From Azolla caroliniana (lineage: Eukaryota > Plantae > Polypodiophyta), in NCBI GenBank assembly GCA_043228905.1, contig JBHGNT010000001.1, positions 21,514,001 to 21,578,000 of the forward strand: 64,000 nt of DNA, read 5' to 3'. Positions 38,801-52,827 of the stretch are shown here, one piece after another. Within the stretch, counting starts at the first letter, position 1, and each line of letters begins with the position of its first letter. The notes beneath the pieces were generated by a model. It saw only the letters and a program-made list of their open reading frames with translations, was not told the origin of the DNA and searched no databases. The translations under genes were made by a program, and so were the position numbers.

Positions 38801-40974
38801 CACGCTGGCTCTCGGGCCGACCACTAGAGTCTCTAGAACCGGTGTGAAGGATCCTCCTCGGGCTTGTCGTGTCTCTGACCGTGATCCCGGGTCTTCCTTC
38901 TTCACGTGTTGAGAGGGTGGCTCACTCCACACCCGCTCCCGTGGTACCGACATACCGTGTTCTCAGCCTTTCCGTAGGCCGGCTTTCATCTCCCTTCTGG
39001 ACCGGTCATCCGAAAGTCCGCTCTGCCCGGTTCTCGTCCGGGTCTGTCCGTCACTCTCTGGACTGCCAGGTTCCGTTCTCCTACCGCCACCGTCAGTATC
39101 TTGGTCTTACGTCGGATCCAATGCCAACCACCGGAGTCTCTAGCCCGGTGTGAAGTGACCCATAGGACTGGTCTTTGTTCTCTGCTTTGTCCCTTGTACT
39201 TCTCCCAGACTCGTCGTCGCTCTCCTTGCTGTGCTCCCGCCTCCATCTTCCATCTCTTTCAGTCTCACGTTGCCACGCTGGCCGAACTGCTGGTCTCCAG
39301 TCAAGATGTGGGGATACTGATTTCGTAACGTCTCCCGACAACTCGTCCGGGGCCACCAACCTTTTTAGTGGTGTCAGTGGAAAGCATCCGCTTTATGATC
39401 GATCAAGCCCCGCCTGGGCTTGATTCTCCAATGTCCGGAGCTTCGCTCCGATGCCGATCCTGCCGGACTCGTTCCGTACCCTCGATCATCTTCCTTCGAT
39501 TCCCGACCTTCGCCCAATCGGTCTTTCTCCCCATGTAAAAGAGGGCGGCTCGTCCCGCACCCTCTCCCGTATCGGCACCGTCGTGCCCTGCTCGGCCTCC
39601 GGCTTGACCACATCTGTCTCGTCCGCACGCTCCCTTCCTGCTGTGATGTCGCGTTGTTGCATGCCACCTTCGTTTCGCATCTGGGTGACCACGCTCTGTG
39701 AGCTGCTCGGAGCTCCTCCTCTTTATGTTGGATGGTTGAGCCTTTGGTGAAACTCGTGGGACTCCGTCCCTGTTGTAATAGTTGACTTCTTTGACCTCGC
39801 CCATCTTGATGCGCCGCTTCTCGACTCTCCTTCCCAAAGTCTTCGGCTTCGAACTCCATCCTCCCTTGCCTCCCTTCACGTCGGGTTTACCAAATATGTC
39901 GTGGTAATCCGCACTTGCATGTCGGATCTGGGTAGGACAACCAGGGTCATGGACCAGGAGGGGAGGAGTTGCCAAGGACCCGAATCCTCCGGGGCTTCCC
40001 GCGTTGCCGACCGGTTCGATCCCGGATACCCTCCGGACGTGACCAATAACCGCACGAGAAGCGAGAGAGGGCGCCCTCGTCCTTGCCGCCCCTTTTTCCC
40101 GTATGTACAAGGGGCCTAAAAGAGGCACGGGACACGGCCCGGTTAACCGTGTGTGCCTACACACATGCACACACCCATATAGACACCCAGTTACAACCGG
40201 CACCTCTACACCGACAACCACACACGCTCCCGCTCTCGGAGCCTATGCTAACCGGAGACAAACACATACACCTACACACGCAATGCTCGCTGCGATGCCA
40301 ATTCCACGCGGAAAGGAAGAGGGAGCTTGCATCCTAGGGCTGGTCGGGGAGCTCCCGGGCTCGTCCGTGAAACAAAACCCTTGTGCAGGGCATGCCTCTT
40401 CTAGAATGACTGCCTCTTGTGCCGAGCCGCCTTTAGGGAGCGCACGGGCTCGCTGAACCGAGTGGGTTCTTGCGCGCCAAGGAGGGAAACTTGCCAACGA
40501 ACAAGAATTCAGGGAAAGCACAGACAGTTTCCACGCCGCCTGCCAGAACTAAACACACAGCTTACGCACGCACACAGAAGACCCCGAAACCCTAATAGAA
40601 AACAGAGACAACGCACCCACACACCAAGATGAAGAGAAGATAAAAATGGACGTTATACGCAAAAGCTTATTAACACTAAAACGGAACCTCAAAACGAGGA
40701 ACAATGAGGAACAAAATTGTTTGGGACCCAACGAGTGGGAACCCTTGTGCAAGAAGCGCGCCCTCCCTTTTATAGAACAAGGTGAGGGCCGCGTGATCAT
40801 GTGGGATAAATCCCGTGATACATGGGATTCTCTGTCGTGACTTGACTCCTACTCGGTGCCATAAAGGCACCCCTATTATTCACATGTTTTTACAAGGATA
40901 AGTGCACATGATGCACTCTGCTGATTCTTCTGATATTCCCTAGTTTCTCACTATGGCCCAGAATCTTCACGACA
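35839..40974 (-). mobile_element. Non-autonomous LTR element with ~1.1-kb LTRs and tRNA-Trp-like PBS, inserted in the protease of C
   Basis: LTRs 39897-40974 and 35839-~37007; PBS tggtaaacccgacgtga (~39876-39892); PPT-like ggtgggggcgga (~37008-37019); 4-bp TSD acgc. Removing it restores VILQLNA*GVYPLLLGRP. Confidence 0.85.
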
Positions 40975-41338
40975 ACGCGTTGAGTTGTAGGATTACCGTG
41001 GATATTAGGAAAGCATGCCCACCGATTGTAATCTCCAAGTTCTGGATGAGTCTGGTTGGCCGAACCGAACTGGTATCCGCAATACGTAGCTAGAACAGGC
41101 ACGGTTCCCATTCTGTGATACCAAGGTTGTCGCAAGTTCGTTGGCTTATCACGTTTCTTCCAGAACCTCCATCCACAATTGTTCAAGTTATTTCTTTTCC
41201 TTTAATAACAATCGTTATTGCCGGACTACTAGTGTCCACTATTTGCCGGTCCTTCCTTTGGGTTGGAGAAGAAGGCGTGGTCGGCTCCGAGTTTTGTGGC
41301 ACTATCACCGATTTGAGTCCTTCCATAAATTGAGGGAC

Positions 41339-42108
41339 CAAGGTTGTTAGGTACGGTACAGATACCATACGTATTTAACGTATTAATACCCGTATAGTGC
41401 CTCCCAATTTAAAAATACGTTAAATATGTTAAATACTTATAAAATATGTAAAGTACGTAAAATACATATTTTACGTATAGTACGTAAAATACGTATTTTA
41501 CGTATAGTACGTTAAATACTTCTAGAATTTGAAAATTATTTACCTTTCTAAAAAATATCTATAATATTGTAAAAAACATCTATGTTTACACAATTTTGTG
41601 ATGTACAATATAGTTCTACATCCTAAAATGCATATAAGACATTTGAACATTTCACATCCTAAAATACTTGTAGTAATATGGATGTCGACATTCCCTTATT
41701 CTATAAATCAGTGTAAGTGTGTATTACAATGTTCTACTTCAAATTGTAATTATTTACAATTATGCCTTCATAGATTGAGGAATCGTCTACGATTATCACA
41801 CTCATGGTAGGTTTCTCTTTTCTTCGTTTTCTTCTTCTTCTTCTTCTATCTTCTGTGATTATCACACTCAGGACAGGTTTATATCTTCTTTTGTCTCTTC
41901 TTCTTCTTCTTCTTCTTCATCGTCGTCTCTTCTATTCTTCTTTCTTCCTTCCTTTGGCTTCTTTTTCACTAAAATCTTTTTTTTCTTTTGCTTTTTGTTA
42001 GGGTTTTACTTACATTTTCTTTATAAATACGTATTATACCAGTTTTTTTATAAATACATTAAATACCGCATTGGACAAATGTACATGATATTTGACTGAA
42101 CAACATTG
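41339..42108. mobile_element. Probable hAT-like non-autonomous element within C
   Basis: Termini caaggttgtt/aacaacattg, AT-rich, aaaatacgt subterminal repeats and a (CTT)n tract. No TSD was recovered. Confidence 0.5.
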
Positions 42109-44582
42109 AGGTATAGTACATCTCCCTTTGGTATTCTTTGGCCGGTTCCCAACATTCTTCTCGACACTTCTTTCCCATACGGTTGTGGCGGCAATGGTTC
42201 CAATTCCCCTGGCGCTCCGGGTACCTTCTATCCTAATCTGGGTACTCTCGTCGTTCTGGGTATCTTCTGTGATCTCTTCTACGATTATAATCCGGCGAGT
42301 AGTCATGATCGTAACGCTCTCGATTGTAGTCTCCTCCTCATCGGTAGTTGCGGTCATCGTCGTAGTCCTCTCTTCTTCTGACATCATACCAATCCCTTTG
42401 TTCCGGTTGATATCATTCTTCCCTCTAGAACAATCCCTCTTGTGGTTGTTGTTCGCTCTGAGGCTCCATGTGTTGACTGGTGCCGCTTGCCGATTGAGCA
42501 AGTTGTACTCGCACCGGTCCATGGTATGGGACCGAGAGTGGCACAATATGCACTGTGTCCACATCATGCATCCTAACGTCGATTGACCGGGGTTGAGGCA
42601 CATTGTACATTGGACTACCTGTCGAAACCGAAAATCCTCTTCATTGGGTAGCCATGTGATTGCTATTTTGAACCCTATCCATTTCCAGCACCCAGTTGAT
42701 GACTTCATCCATGGTGCTTGTCCGGAAGTCAAATACAATCAGCATCGTTTGTAGCGGTTCCCGGAGTGCAGCCAAAAAGACTGCTTTTGCCTCGTCTTTC
42801 GGAGGTGCCCTTGTCAGTTTGCTGTGCAGTGTCTGGAAACGGATCACGAATTGCGAGGTTGTCTCATTGGATTCCTGGTAGACCGTATATAACTGGCCGA
42901 CTAGCTCTCTTTGCTCCAACTTTCGGTGAAACAACCGTTGGAATTTATCCTTCAAAGCTTTGAATGTGGCGAAGCTCCCAGGAAGGTGTTTTTTTGTGCC
43001 ACTTTGTTGTTGGTCCCTCCAATGTCATCCCGAATTCCTCTATCTTGGATCGTTCAACCCCTACTTCTGTCAACTGGTGCGAGACATGGTTCACTTCCCA
43101 TGTTTGTAGAAAAGCATAGACGTGCGCTTCTACATTCGGTTCATCCCGGTAATTCGGGTATGGGTATGGCATGGTGTCGTCGGTGAAGGGTAATATTGGG
43201 GGTGGTGTCAGTGTCTGATCCTCTTCTTTTTCCGACTTCTGGTTAAGTGGTGGTGTTGGTACGCGATCACTCATTTTCTCGGATTGCTGATCCGATGATG
43301 ATGTTCATACGCGCTCGACCATTTCCTCTAAGTGTTGGTCTTGGTTTGTTTATGGTCTGGTGGTATGGGTAATGTTGTGTTTGCTTCCGGTGACAGTGTG
43401 TGCTCTTAACCGTCTTCAGTTGGATTCGTTCGGGTTGTCGTGGCTGCTTTGATAATTTGACTGCATGGATGCTCGTCGTCTAATTCCAACTCAAAGTTGC
43501 AAACGGCTTCCGATTCTCTGGCTCCTATGGCGAGCGTGTGTAGTATTGATTCATCATGTCGTAAGCTACTTAGGCTACTGCCTTCGTCAGTATATTGTTG
43601 GTTCTACAACCGAAGTGACTCCTCCGCAACCCACTGAATCGTTCTGGGAAAAGACCGGTCTTGCCGGATCTCCTCGGCCGCCTGCTGGTAGGCCTCCCGC
43701 CTCAGCAGTCTCTCGGCTAGTCTTCTCGCTCATTCAGTGATGGGTCGTTTGTTGTTCTAGTCATCCATTCCCCGATGTTCACTATGCTCTGCAGGAATCG
43801 TGATCGCCAAAACTGTGTTAATCCTGGGCCGGACTAGCCATTAACATAGGGCGTACTTTCGGATCACTTCACCAAAGGGTGGTTACGGTTTATGCTTTCG
43901 GCCGAACTATAATTATATCCGACTATTTCCGGGTCGTTTCGGGATTAACAACATACACGGGCTGATGGCATATGTAAGATAAAGCCATAAGCATAGAACG
44001 GAGGGCACACAATACTCTCAAAGACAATTCTACTTATATTCATTTCCTCCCTTAATACATCGTTCTTCGGATCCTTTTATAGGCATTGGGTTCTGATTAC
44101 AAAACGGTGTCATACTAGCAACCGGCTACGGATCGGTCCGGATCCGGCTCATTGCAACTCTTCCGGATAAGTCCGTTCCTATTTTAATTCTAGCTAATTA
44201 ATAACTAATTACTTTCCGCTTCCGACTCGTCCCTCACTTATCTTTCATACTCCGGACTCCGAACTCCGGCCAACACATGGCATGCCCGTGGGATGAACTC
44301 ACGACGACTTAGACAAAATCAATGAGAGGAATAATACACATACACACAATGTTTTAAAGACCCGACGAAGGATAATACCAAATTTTGTGAGCTGACAGAA
44401 CGAGAATATTCGCGTCGAGGAAGATTTGCTAACTGACGACGATGTGCGGGTCATGCGTTCCGATCGAGGGAGTTGATCAATGAGAAGGCCGATGAAGTAT
44501 GAAGTTTCCGGTTGATTAAAGATGATGATCAAGGCATGTGGGATCAACATGCAAGGGACTCTCCCACGGGCGTGCCATAATG

Positions 44583-45232
44583 TGTTACCATATGGGATGT
44601 ACGGGAGATGAAGAGTGTGATGAGTGAGGGTCGAATGCTAATTGTCAGTGTGAGTCGATGTGTATGTTTACACATGCACACATGTGTGCATGTGGATGGA
44701 TAGGAGGGGTGTGAATGAGTGATTAGTATGAATGGACAAGGGGGCTTGCACCCCCGTGTATCTACCCTCTTGTAACTATTTAACCCCTTATGGGGAATGA
44801 ATAAACATTTCTCTCTCTCTCTCTCTCTCTCTCTCTTCCCTTACGTTGAACCCCCATGGGAGGGGGGCTGGAGCCATTCTAGGCACCGCCCCCCCTAGCC
44901 CATAATGCTTCTCAACATCTTCTCCATATCCATTAACCTCGCAATGCTTATTATATTTGCATCGCTACCATATGATCATCATAATCGTCTTTGCCACGTA
45001 TTAGTTTTCGACTTTGTCTCCAAAGGGGGTTGCCTTATTGGTTGCCAAAATAGTGTTGTAAGTTTTAGGGTTAGGGATGACGATTATGATGATAATATGG
45101 TAGTGATGGGGATATAATAAGCATTGTGAGGTTAATGGCCATGGCGAAGTTGTTGAGAAGCATTGTGGGGTGTGTGTGGGGGGGGGTGCCTAGAATGGCT
45201 CCACCCCCCCTCCCAAAGGGGTTCAATGTGAA

Positions 45233-45267
<35 letters not shown>

Positions 45268-45512
45268 GTTTGTTCATGTTAAGAGGGTAGATACATAGGG
45301 GTGCAAGCCCCCTTGTCCATTCATACTAATCACTCAGTCACACCTCCTCATATCTGTCCACATGCACACGTGTGCATGTGTACACATACACATCGACTCA
45401 CACTCACAATTACACTTGCACTTACACATTTACACATACACATTAACAACATTATAGCATTCGACCCTCGCTCATCACACTCTACATCTCCCGTACATCC
45501 CGTACGGTAACA
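44583..45512. repeat. Two LTRs of a further family in inverted orientation (44583-~44988 plus, truncated; 45054-45512 minus)
   Basis: The arms are reverse complements, including the (CT)n/(AG)n tracts. The minus LTR is followed by ctattt-tggcaacca (PBS-like); the plus LTR is preceded by tcccacgggcgtgcca. Confidence 0.8.
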
Positions 45513-48500
45513 CATCACTTTGACATTTCCACATGCCTTGAATTTGTTTGACAATTAATAGTGAACCACCTTTGATGATTAATCTTTTGATCCCCCTAGC
45601 TTTACAAAGTCGTAAGGCAAAGCACATGGTTGCATATTCCGTTTCATTGTTGGTGTTGGCATTGGGAAGCGAAATCCCTGCAACATGTACCACCTCTCCA
45701 TTAGGGTTTCTTAATATAAATCCTCCAACTGCCAATTTGTTGCCTTTCGGTAAGCACCATCAAAGAACAATGTGAAAGAATCTTCTATATCTAGTTTGGG
45801 AAGGGTATCTCTTACCTTTGATAAATCCTCCTCATGAAGACTTTCTCTATAAGTGAGAAGATCCGCCAATTCCGTACGCATAGTGGACTATCAAACTCCA
45901 CTAATAGAAGAGCCCACTTTGTAATTCTAGATGATACATTTACATGTTGTAGTACATAGGGGAATAATGACATACTAGTGATTATCACAAAGTGATGACG
46001 GATAAGAAAGCTCCTAAACTTTTGACATGCATACATGAGAACTAACACCCACTTTTCCACATCCATAGAGGTTTTTTCCACATCACTTATGGCTCTACTT
46101 ATATAGTAAATAGGATGCATTAGCCTATTATGAGAATCTTGTTGCATGAGAATAGAGCCAATAGCACGAGAACTAACACTAAGCAAAAGAAAGAATGTAG
46201 AATTTCTATCTGGTGGCTTAAGAATAGGGGTTTTAGCTAATAGCTCTCTGACTCTATCAAATTTTTCTTGAACAAAAGGATTGGAATCCAAAGATATTAG
46301 TGTGAAGGATGACTCTAAAAGGATAAAGACCTTGGGCTAACATATGGATAAATCTCTCAAAGTATCGCCCTTTTTGAACAAATATGTCCAAAGACTTAAT
46401 ATCTTTTGGATATGGTAAACTTTCAATCACTTTGATATTGGAGGGATCCACCTTAATTCCTTGAAGATACACCACATGTTCCAGCATCACCACCTCTTTT
46501 TCCCCAACATGGCACTTTTCGGGGTTGAGTTGTCCTTTACATTCATCAAGAAGTTTGAAAGCCGCACACACCTTCTCTAGATGACCAAATCTTGTACTAT
46601 AGATGGCAAAATCATCTATAAACATCCTTACAAACTTTCCAAAAAAGGGTTGAAAAACATGTATAGCCAAACGATTGAAAGTAAACACCGCATTGGTTAA
46701 ACCAAAAGGCATAGACTTATCAGTAAAACAACCCCAAGGTGTTATGAAGGTTGTCTTTCTTTGATCCTCCTCCGCAATTCTTATTTGGAAATAGTCGGAA
46801 TACCCATCACATACTATGTACATCTCATGCCCTACAATTTCATCCAAAATCTCATCTTGAAAAGGAAGTGGAAAGTGATCCCGCTTCGTAGCTGCATTCA
46901 AAGGTTTGAACTCGACACAAACTCACCATTTGCCATTCTTCTTAGGAACCACCACAACGGGGGACACCCACTCCGAATACTCCATGGGGTATACGAAACC
47001 AACCCACAACAAAGCTTTAACCTCCTTTAATAGAGCCTCCTTTTGGACTGTCCCCAAGCGACGAAGCTTTTGGGCAACCAGTTCAGTTCCCTCCTTCAAC
47101 TTGATTTGGTGTTTGATGACGTCCACTCCTCTAATCTGTGAATAGTCATTTATAAATAACCTCGGAAACTCAAAAAGTAGGGAAACAAACCTTTGTTGTT
47201 CTTCTCCTTTAATATCTTTAGAAATCATCTTCTCTCGCGGTTCAAGGGTAATGGTTTCTTCTTCTTTATTTTCTTCTTTCTCCTCCTTGAATATCACATA
47301 TGATGTTGTCTCCTCCGAGTCCGATGAAGCGTTATCACTTGCACTACTCCCTTCTTCATACTCATTATCGGATAAGTTGTTCTCCCCTGCACCCTTGATC
47401 ACTCTTTGAAGACGCATGTCGTAGAGAATGTTGACACCTTCGGAGGCTGCCAATGTCATCAGACCATTACTCCAATCCTAAATTACATTTAGTGCTTGCA
47501 TCCAAGGTCTTCCCAACACCAAGGAATAAGAGGGTCCCTTAATGGGAATAACATGGAAATCCATAGAAATACATATACCAAAACTCTCAAGGAAGCTTAC
47601 TTATGAGGACTTCTAACATAAGACTTATTCTAGCACCACTATCCACTAAAGCATCCTTAACTATATAACCTTTTATAGATACCGGTATTGTAGGTAGGAT
47701 ATCCTTCACTCGTACAACTCCCACATAGTGCATTGTTTTGGTACTCTGACATATGCTCACTAGGCTTCCCCATTCCTTCCGTATCTTTGGGGAGAGTTGA
47801 AGAAGTTGATAAATACCTCATCCTAAATCCCCGTGTCATCTCGAAGGACACCGTGTAGCAATGTGACCTTCAACACCACAAGAATAACAAACGGGGACTC
47901 GTTTTTTTTGTGGCACCTCTTGAACTTGGTTGTGCATGGAATAGTGCTCGGTCACAACCGAGTCTCAATCACTCAATGGAAGAAATAGAAAAATAAAACA
48001 ATAGATAGAATGAACTTACACATTCAAACCAAGGTGACACAGGATATTAACATGGAAACCCTGATTGGGAAAAACCACGGGAGCCCATAGACTCCAACTA
48101 TCACTATGAGAGAGGAAGGGTACAATGGGAGACTCAAAGGAAACGACCTTGAGCTCTATCTTTGTCAACCAGCAGTTACAATAGAAAATACTATGTGTGT
48201 GTGTGTATGTACAACAATACAACAACTACTACAATCACACTTAGAACTATGTTTTCCCTAGTTATGTTTATACACATATAACTTTAGGGGCTATTTACAA
48301 AAGTGGCCTCAATGGCCCATAAGAAACATATTTACAAATCTCCCTCTTCACTGTTCGTACCGGATACGGCTGAACTCCTTCTGGTTCCATTTGGTCTAGC
48401 TTCTGGATCCTCCGATCCGGGTCGACTGGTCCCCATCCGAAGGGACCGATATCTCAACAATCTCCCCCTTCACTCCGGGATGGGGTCTTCGTCAACCCAA

Positions 48501-49229
48501 TCCATTTTCGACACGAGTCTAGCTTGTTGGCTGTCAGCACCTTGGTCAGCATATACGACCCGTTCTCCTCTATGTGGATCTTCACCAGAGTGAATTCTTG
48601 GACTTCTACTCTCTCCCGAAGCCAATGGTATCTGTGCTGAATATGTTTTGCCCTGGAGTGGTAGCCCGCGTTTTTAGCAAGGTGGATGGCACTTTGACTA
48701 TCGTGGTGGAGTTGGTATTCCTCTTGTCGAATCCCCAACTCTTCGATGAAGTCCTTCATCCAGATTACTTCCTTGTCGGCTTCCATGGCTGGTATGTACT
48801 CAACTTCCGTTGTTGACAATGCCACCAATTTCTGCAATCTTGACTACCATAATACGGCTCCCCCTGCATATGTCATGACATATCCAGATGTAGATTGACT
48901 GATATCTGCATCAGTCGATATGTCTGAATCAGTGTATCCTTAAAGTTGGGGTTTAGCTAAGCCGAATCACAGGCACATGCTCGAGGTGCCTTTCAAGTAC
49001 TGGAGTATCCACTTGATAACGGCCCAGTGTTCTCCTCCCGGATTGCTCATGAACCGGTTGACCACTCCAACTACATATCCGATATCCATTGTGTACACAC
49101 CATTGCGTACATGAGGCTTCCGACAGTAGAGGCATATGGTATCTCCATCATTTCCGATTTCTTTGCCTTTGTCTTCGGGCTCTACCTTCTAGACAATTTG
49201 CAATTTGCCGGACGTGTCGACCCAACCGG

Positions 49230-50321
49230 TGTCACAAAGATACCATGAAGACACATGAACTTGAGGCATGACCCTGGGGCCTTCGACCAAAGGATACCAA
49301 ATTCGTACGTTTGTTTTTAAGAATTAACAGAAATGAGAAAGTTTAATCAATTTCATTAGCAAAGGAGAAGAAAAATTACAATCAATCCCAAGATTGGAAT
49401 TACAAAAGTTTAGGGTTTCTGAGATATGGCTTCGATAAGAAACAATTAGGTTTCAAATTTATGAGATATGACTTTCATAAGAAAAAAATTAGGGCTATTC
49501 GAGAGATATGGCTCCCGTAAGGAAATTATGGTTATACTAGAGATATGGCTTCCGTAAGGAAAACTATGGTTATACGAGAGATATGGCTTTTGTAAGGAAG
49601 CCTATTAGGGTTCCGATATTTTTTTATTGTTTGATTAATAGATTTCTCTCTTCTAACTCAACGATTCTATGAGGGAATTGTTTTTTGCTCTTCCTTCCCT
49701 TCTCTTAAGATTTTCGACACTCGAAGATACCCTTGCACGAGGAACTCTAGTTTGCATCTTGAGTTCAATTGCATGCATCCACATGACCTTTACTTTACAT
49801 AAAGTTGCATGCTTCACATAACCTTTAGTTTAGTTTAGTTTAGTTCGGCCGCATGATCCTATCATTCGTAAAGTTCGGCCCATGCATGATCCGTCCGTCT
49901 CGACCGTCGCCCATCCGATCCGTCCGGTTGCATCCGGCCCGATGCGTTCAGTCCATTACGGTTCCGTCGCCAAAAGCATTACATGTAGTTAAGCCACATC
50001 AATCCATCCGAATAGTGTAGCCCAAGTTCAACCATTCCTTCTACGCTCTTAACACATAAATATAAACTAATAGTTCTCGATCTACTTATATAGTGCTAGA
50101 TCCAAAAGTTTCCTATCTATGTGGGATATTTCACAATTATATTTTCCTTATCTTCTCAAACTTCATATTAACATAACTTGCTATGTAGTTGTCCATTTTA
50201 TATGTAGTAAAATGTGTTTTGAAGCTTTTGAAGATATCCATCTTTTTATACTAAGCCATTAATCTAATCTAAAATAATTATTTCACTATTTTTCATATCG
50301 TGTGTGAAGAACCACACGACA
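49230..50321. mobile_element. Solo LTR inserted in the RT of Copia D, with an internal gagatatggctt tandem array (~49420-49600)
   Basis: tgtcac...cacgaca ends; 4-bp TSD ccgg/ctgg; excision restores AKPVGST. Its right part is similar to 54665-55567. Confidence 0.75.
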
Positions 50322-52827
50322 CTGGCTTAGCATTCGACATGTTGAACCTTTGAAGCACCTTTGTCACATACTGCTCCTATGACAACCACAACTGTTTTTG
50401 CGACAGGTCCTGTATTATGTGCATCCCCAAAATCTGTCTCGTCGGACCCATATCTTTCATTGCGAATGACCGGTTCAAGGCCTTCTTCACCATTCCGATT
50501 TTGATATGGTCATGTCCAACAATTAACATGTCGTCCACGTACAACAGTAGTATTAGGAACTCTCCTCCGTCAAACTTCTTCATGAATACGTAGTGGTCAG
50601 CTTGCATCTTGAGGTATCCTTGGTCGGTCATGTAGGAGTCGAACTTCCGGTACCATTGCCGAGGAGCTTGATTCAGTCTGTATAAGCTCTTGTTCAACTG
50701 GCATATCAGGTGCTCCTTCTCTTTCTTGACGAATCCTTTTGGCTACTGCATGTAGATCTCTTCTTCGAGGTCTCCATGTAGGAACATTGTCCTGACGTCA
50801 AGTTGCTCTACCTCAAGGTCCATGCTTGCCGTTATGCTCAACACTGTCCGGATAGACGCCATCTTCACTACCAGGGTGAAGATCTCATCGAAATCCACTC
50901 CTTTCTTCTGTTGGGAACCCTTCTGCTATGGTGTCTTCGGTACGGTGAATTCGAGCTGGATTCCTTTTGACTGGTAGTATTCCTTGAACTGCCCCCGGTA
51001 CTCTCCACCATTGTCGGCTCGAACCGCCTTTAGCTTCCAGCCCTGTTTCCCTTTCCACTCTCGCGTGTAATTACTTGAAGAAGGATAATACCTTGTCCTT
51101 CGTCTCCTGTGGTGAGACCCACAACTTCCGGCTGTGGTCATCTATGAACGTAACAAAGTACAGTGACCCAGAATGCAACTTCGTGTCCACCTAGCATACA
51201 CCAGTATGCACAAGCTCTAGTGGTTCTGTTTGTCGGCCAAATAGTCAATGCACTTCTCAAGCTGCACATCTTTCACCTCTGGAATGAGGTTATCTTCGGC
51301 AAGTCTCTACATTCCCTTCTGGCTCATGTGGCTCAACCTCTTGTGCCACATCTCACTGATAGTGTCGGATACCATGTTCACTTCTTCCTGGCATATCCGG
51401 GCATGCATAAGGTACAACGTGTTGATTTTTTGGGCTCGGGCCACAATCAAGCTTCCTTTGATGAATTTCATGACTCTGTTGCGGATGCTACCTATGTAGC
51501 CTTCATCATCCAACCGACTGGTTCATATCAGGTTCAATAGAACCTCCGGAACATGTCAGACATCTTTCAGCAGCAACTTGCACTCGGTTGGCGTCGTCAG
51601 CCACACATTTTCTATCCCGACAATTCGGCATGCACCTTCATTCCCCATCCAAACACAACCGTGATCTCTGGCTCTTTAAGATGAGAAGTATTTCCGGTCA
51701 AGGGTCAGATGGAACAATGCTCTGGAGTCGACTACCCACTTTGTTTCGTCGCTTACAAGATGTAGCTCACTCTCCTCGGTGATTAGCAGCAGTTCCTCTT
51801 CACTTGTCACAATTGCTGACGTTCCTCTTCTCTCCGAAATCTTCTTTGATTCTGGATTTCCAGCTCCCCCTTTGCCTTTCTGGAAGTGTCGGCAATTCTT
51901 CTAGAAGTGCCCTGGCTTTCAACAATAAAAGCAAGTGGGCCTCCCTCTTGACTTCGACCTCGTCCCTGACTTCTCCTAGTTCTAGGGACTTCGATTCTGG
52001 CCTCTTCCCCAGTTATTGTCATTTTCTGTAACCAAGGCCTTCAGATCAGTTCCGGACTCCCAGTCCTTCCGGTGAACTTCTTCAGTTAGCAAGCTCGACT
52101 TCACTCTTGTCAGAGATAAGTTCTTCCCTTCCAGTCTGGCATTGCCCAGAGTGACAACCATGTCTCCTAACTATCCGGAAGGGATCCGAGCAATAACAAT
52201 GCCAGTACCTTGTTGGCTAACGGTACCTCGAGCGAGGTAGTCTAATTTATCAGCCCTTGGAAGGCATTCATATGCTCTACCATGTTGGCGCCGTCTTGAT
52301 AATACCGGAGCCTCACTATCTTCTAGAATACTGAGACTTGATTTACGACGTTCTTTTTCTCCAACATCGTGCCAATCTTCTCCTAGAGAGCATTAGCCTT
52401 CTTCTCTTCATTAAAGTTATTGTACAGGCTCACGCCGATGAAGCATCAAATGTATGTCGTCGTTTTCATGTGCATTACCTCCTAGGTCGCGACATCGAAC
52501 TTGACCGGTCTTTTGTCCCCAAACTGTACCGGCAACCAAAGATCTTTTACCGCTAACATGTCCCTCATCTTCGACTTCCACACTGGGTAGTTGGGGCCGG
52601 TGAGTTGGAACATGCTACCGAATGACTCTTCCATTTTCTTTTCCCTTTTTTTTCTTTGTTGTTGGCTCTGATACCAGTTTGCACAGAATAGTGCTTGGCC
52701 ACAACAGAATGGAAGAAATAGAAAAATAAAACAATAGATAGAATGCACTTACACAACCAAACCAAGGCGACACGAGATATTAACATGGAAACCCTGATCG
52801 GGAAAAACCACGGGAGGCCACAAACTC

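Larger units (their letters stand above)
23250..44275 (-). mobile_element. Gypsy element C (A/B group), old, internally deleted, 3'-truncated, host of three nested insertions
   Basis: LTR 43816-44275, PBS, gag ~42110-43770, protease 40979-41338 plus ~35790-35838, and extra ORF ~35343-34872 plus 24804-23250. RT/RH/INT were not seen. Confidence 0.8.

Noticed and set aside
49420-49600. Regularly spaced repeats resembling a CRISPR array
   Set aside because: Eukaryotic solo-LTR context, the spacers are similar to each other and no cas genes are present; an ordinary tandem repeat.
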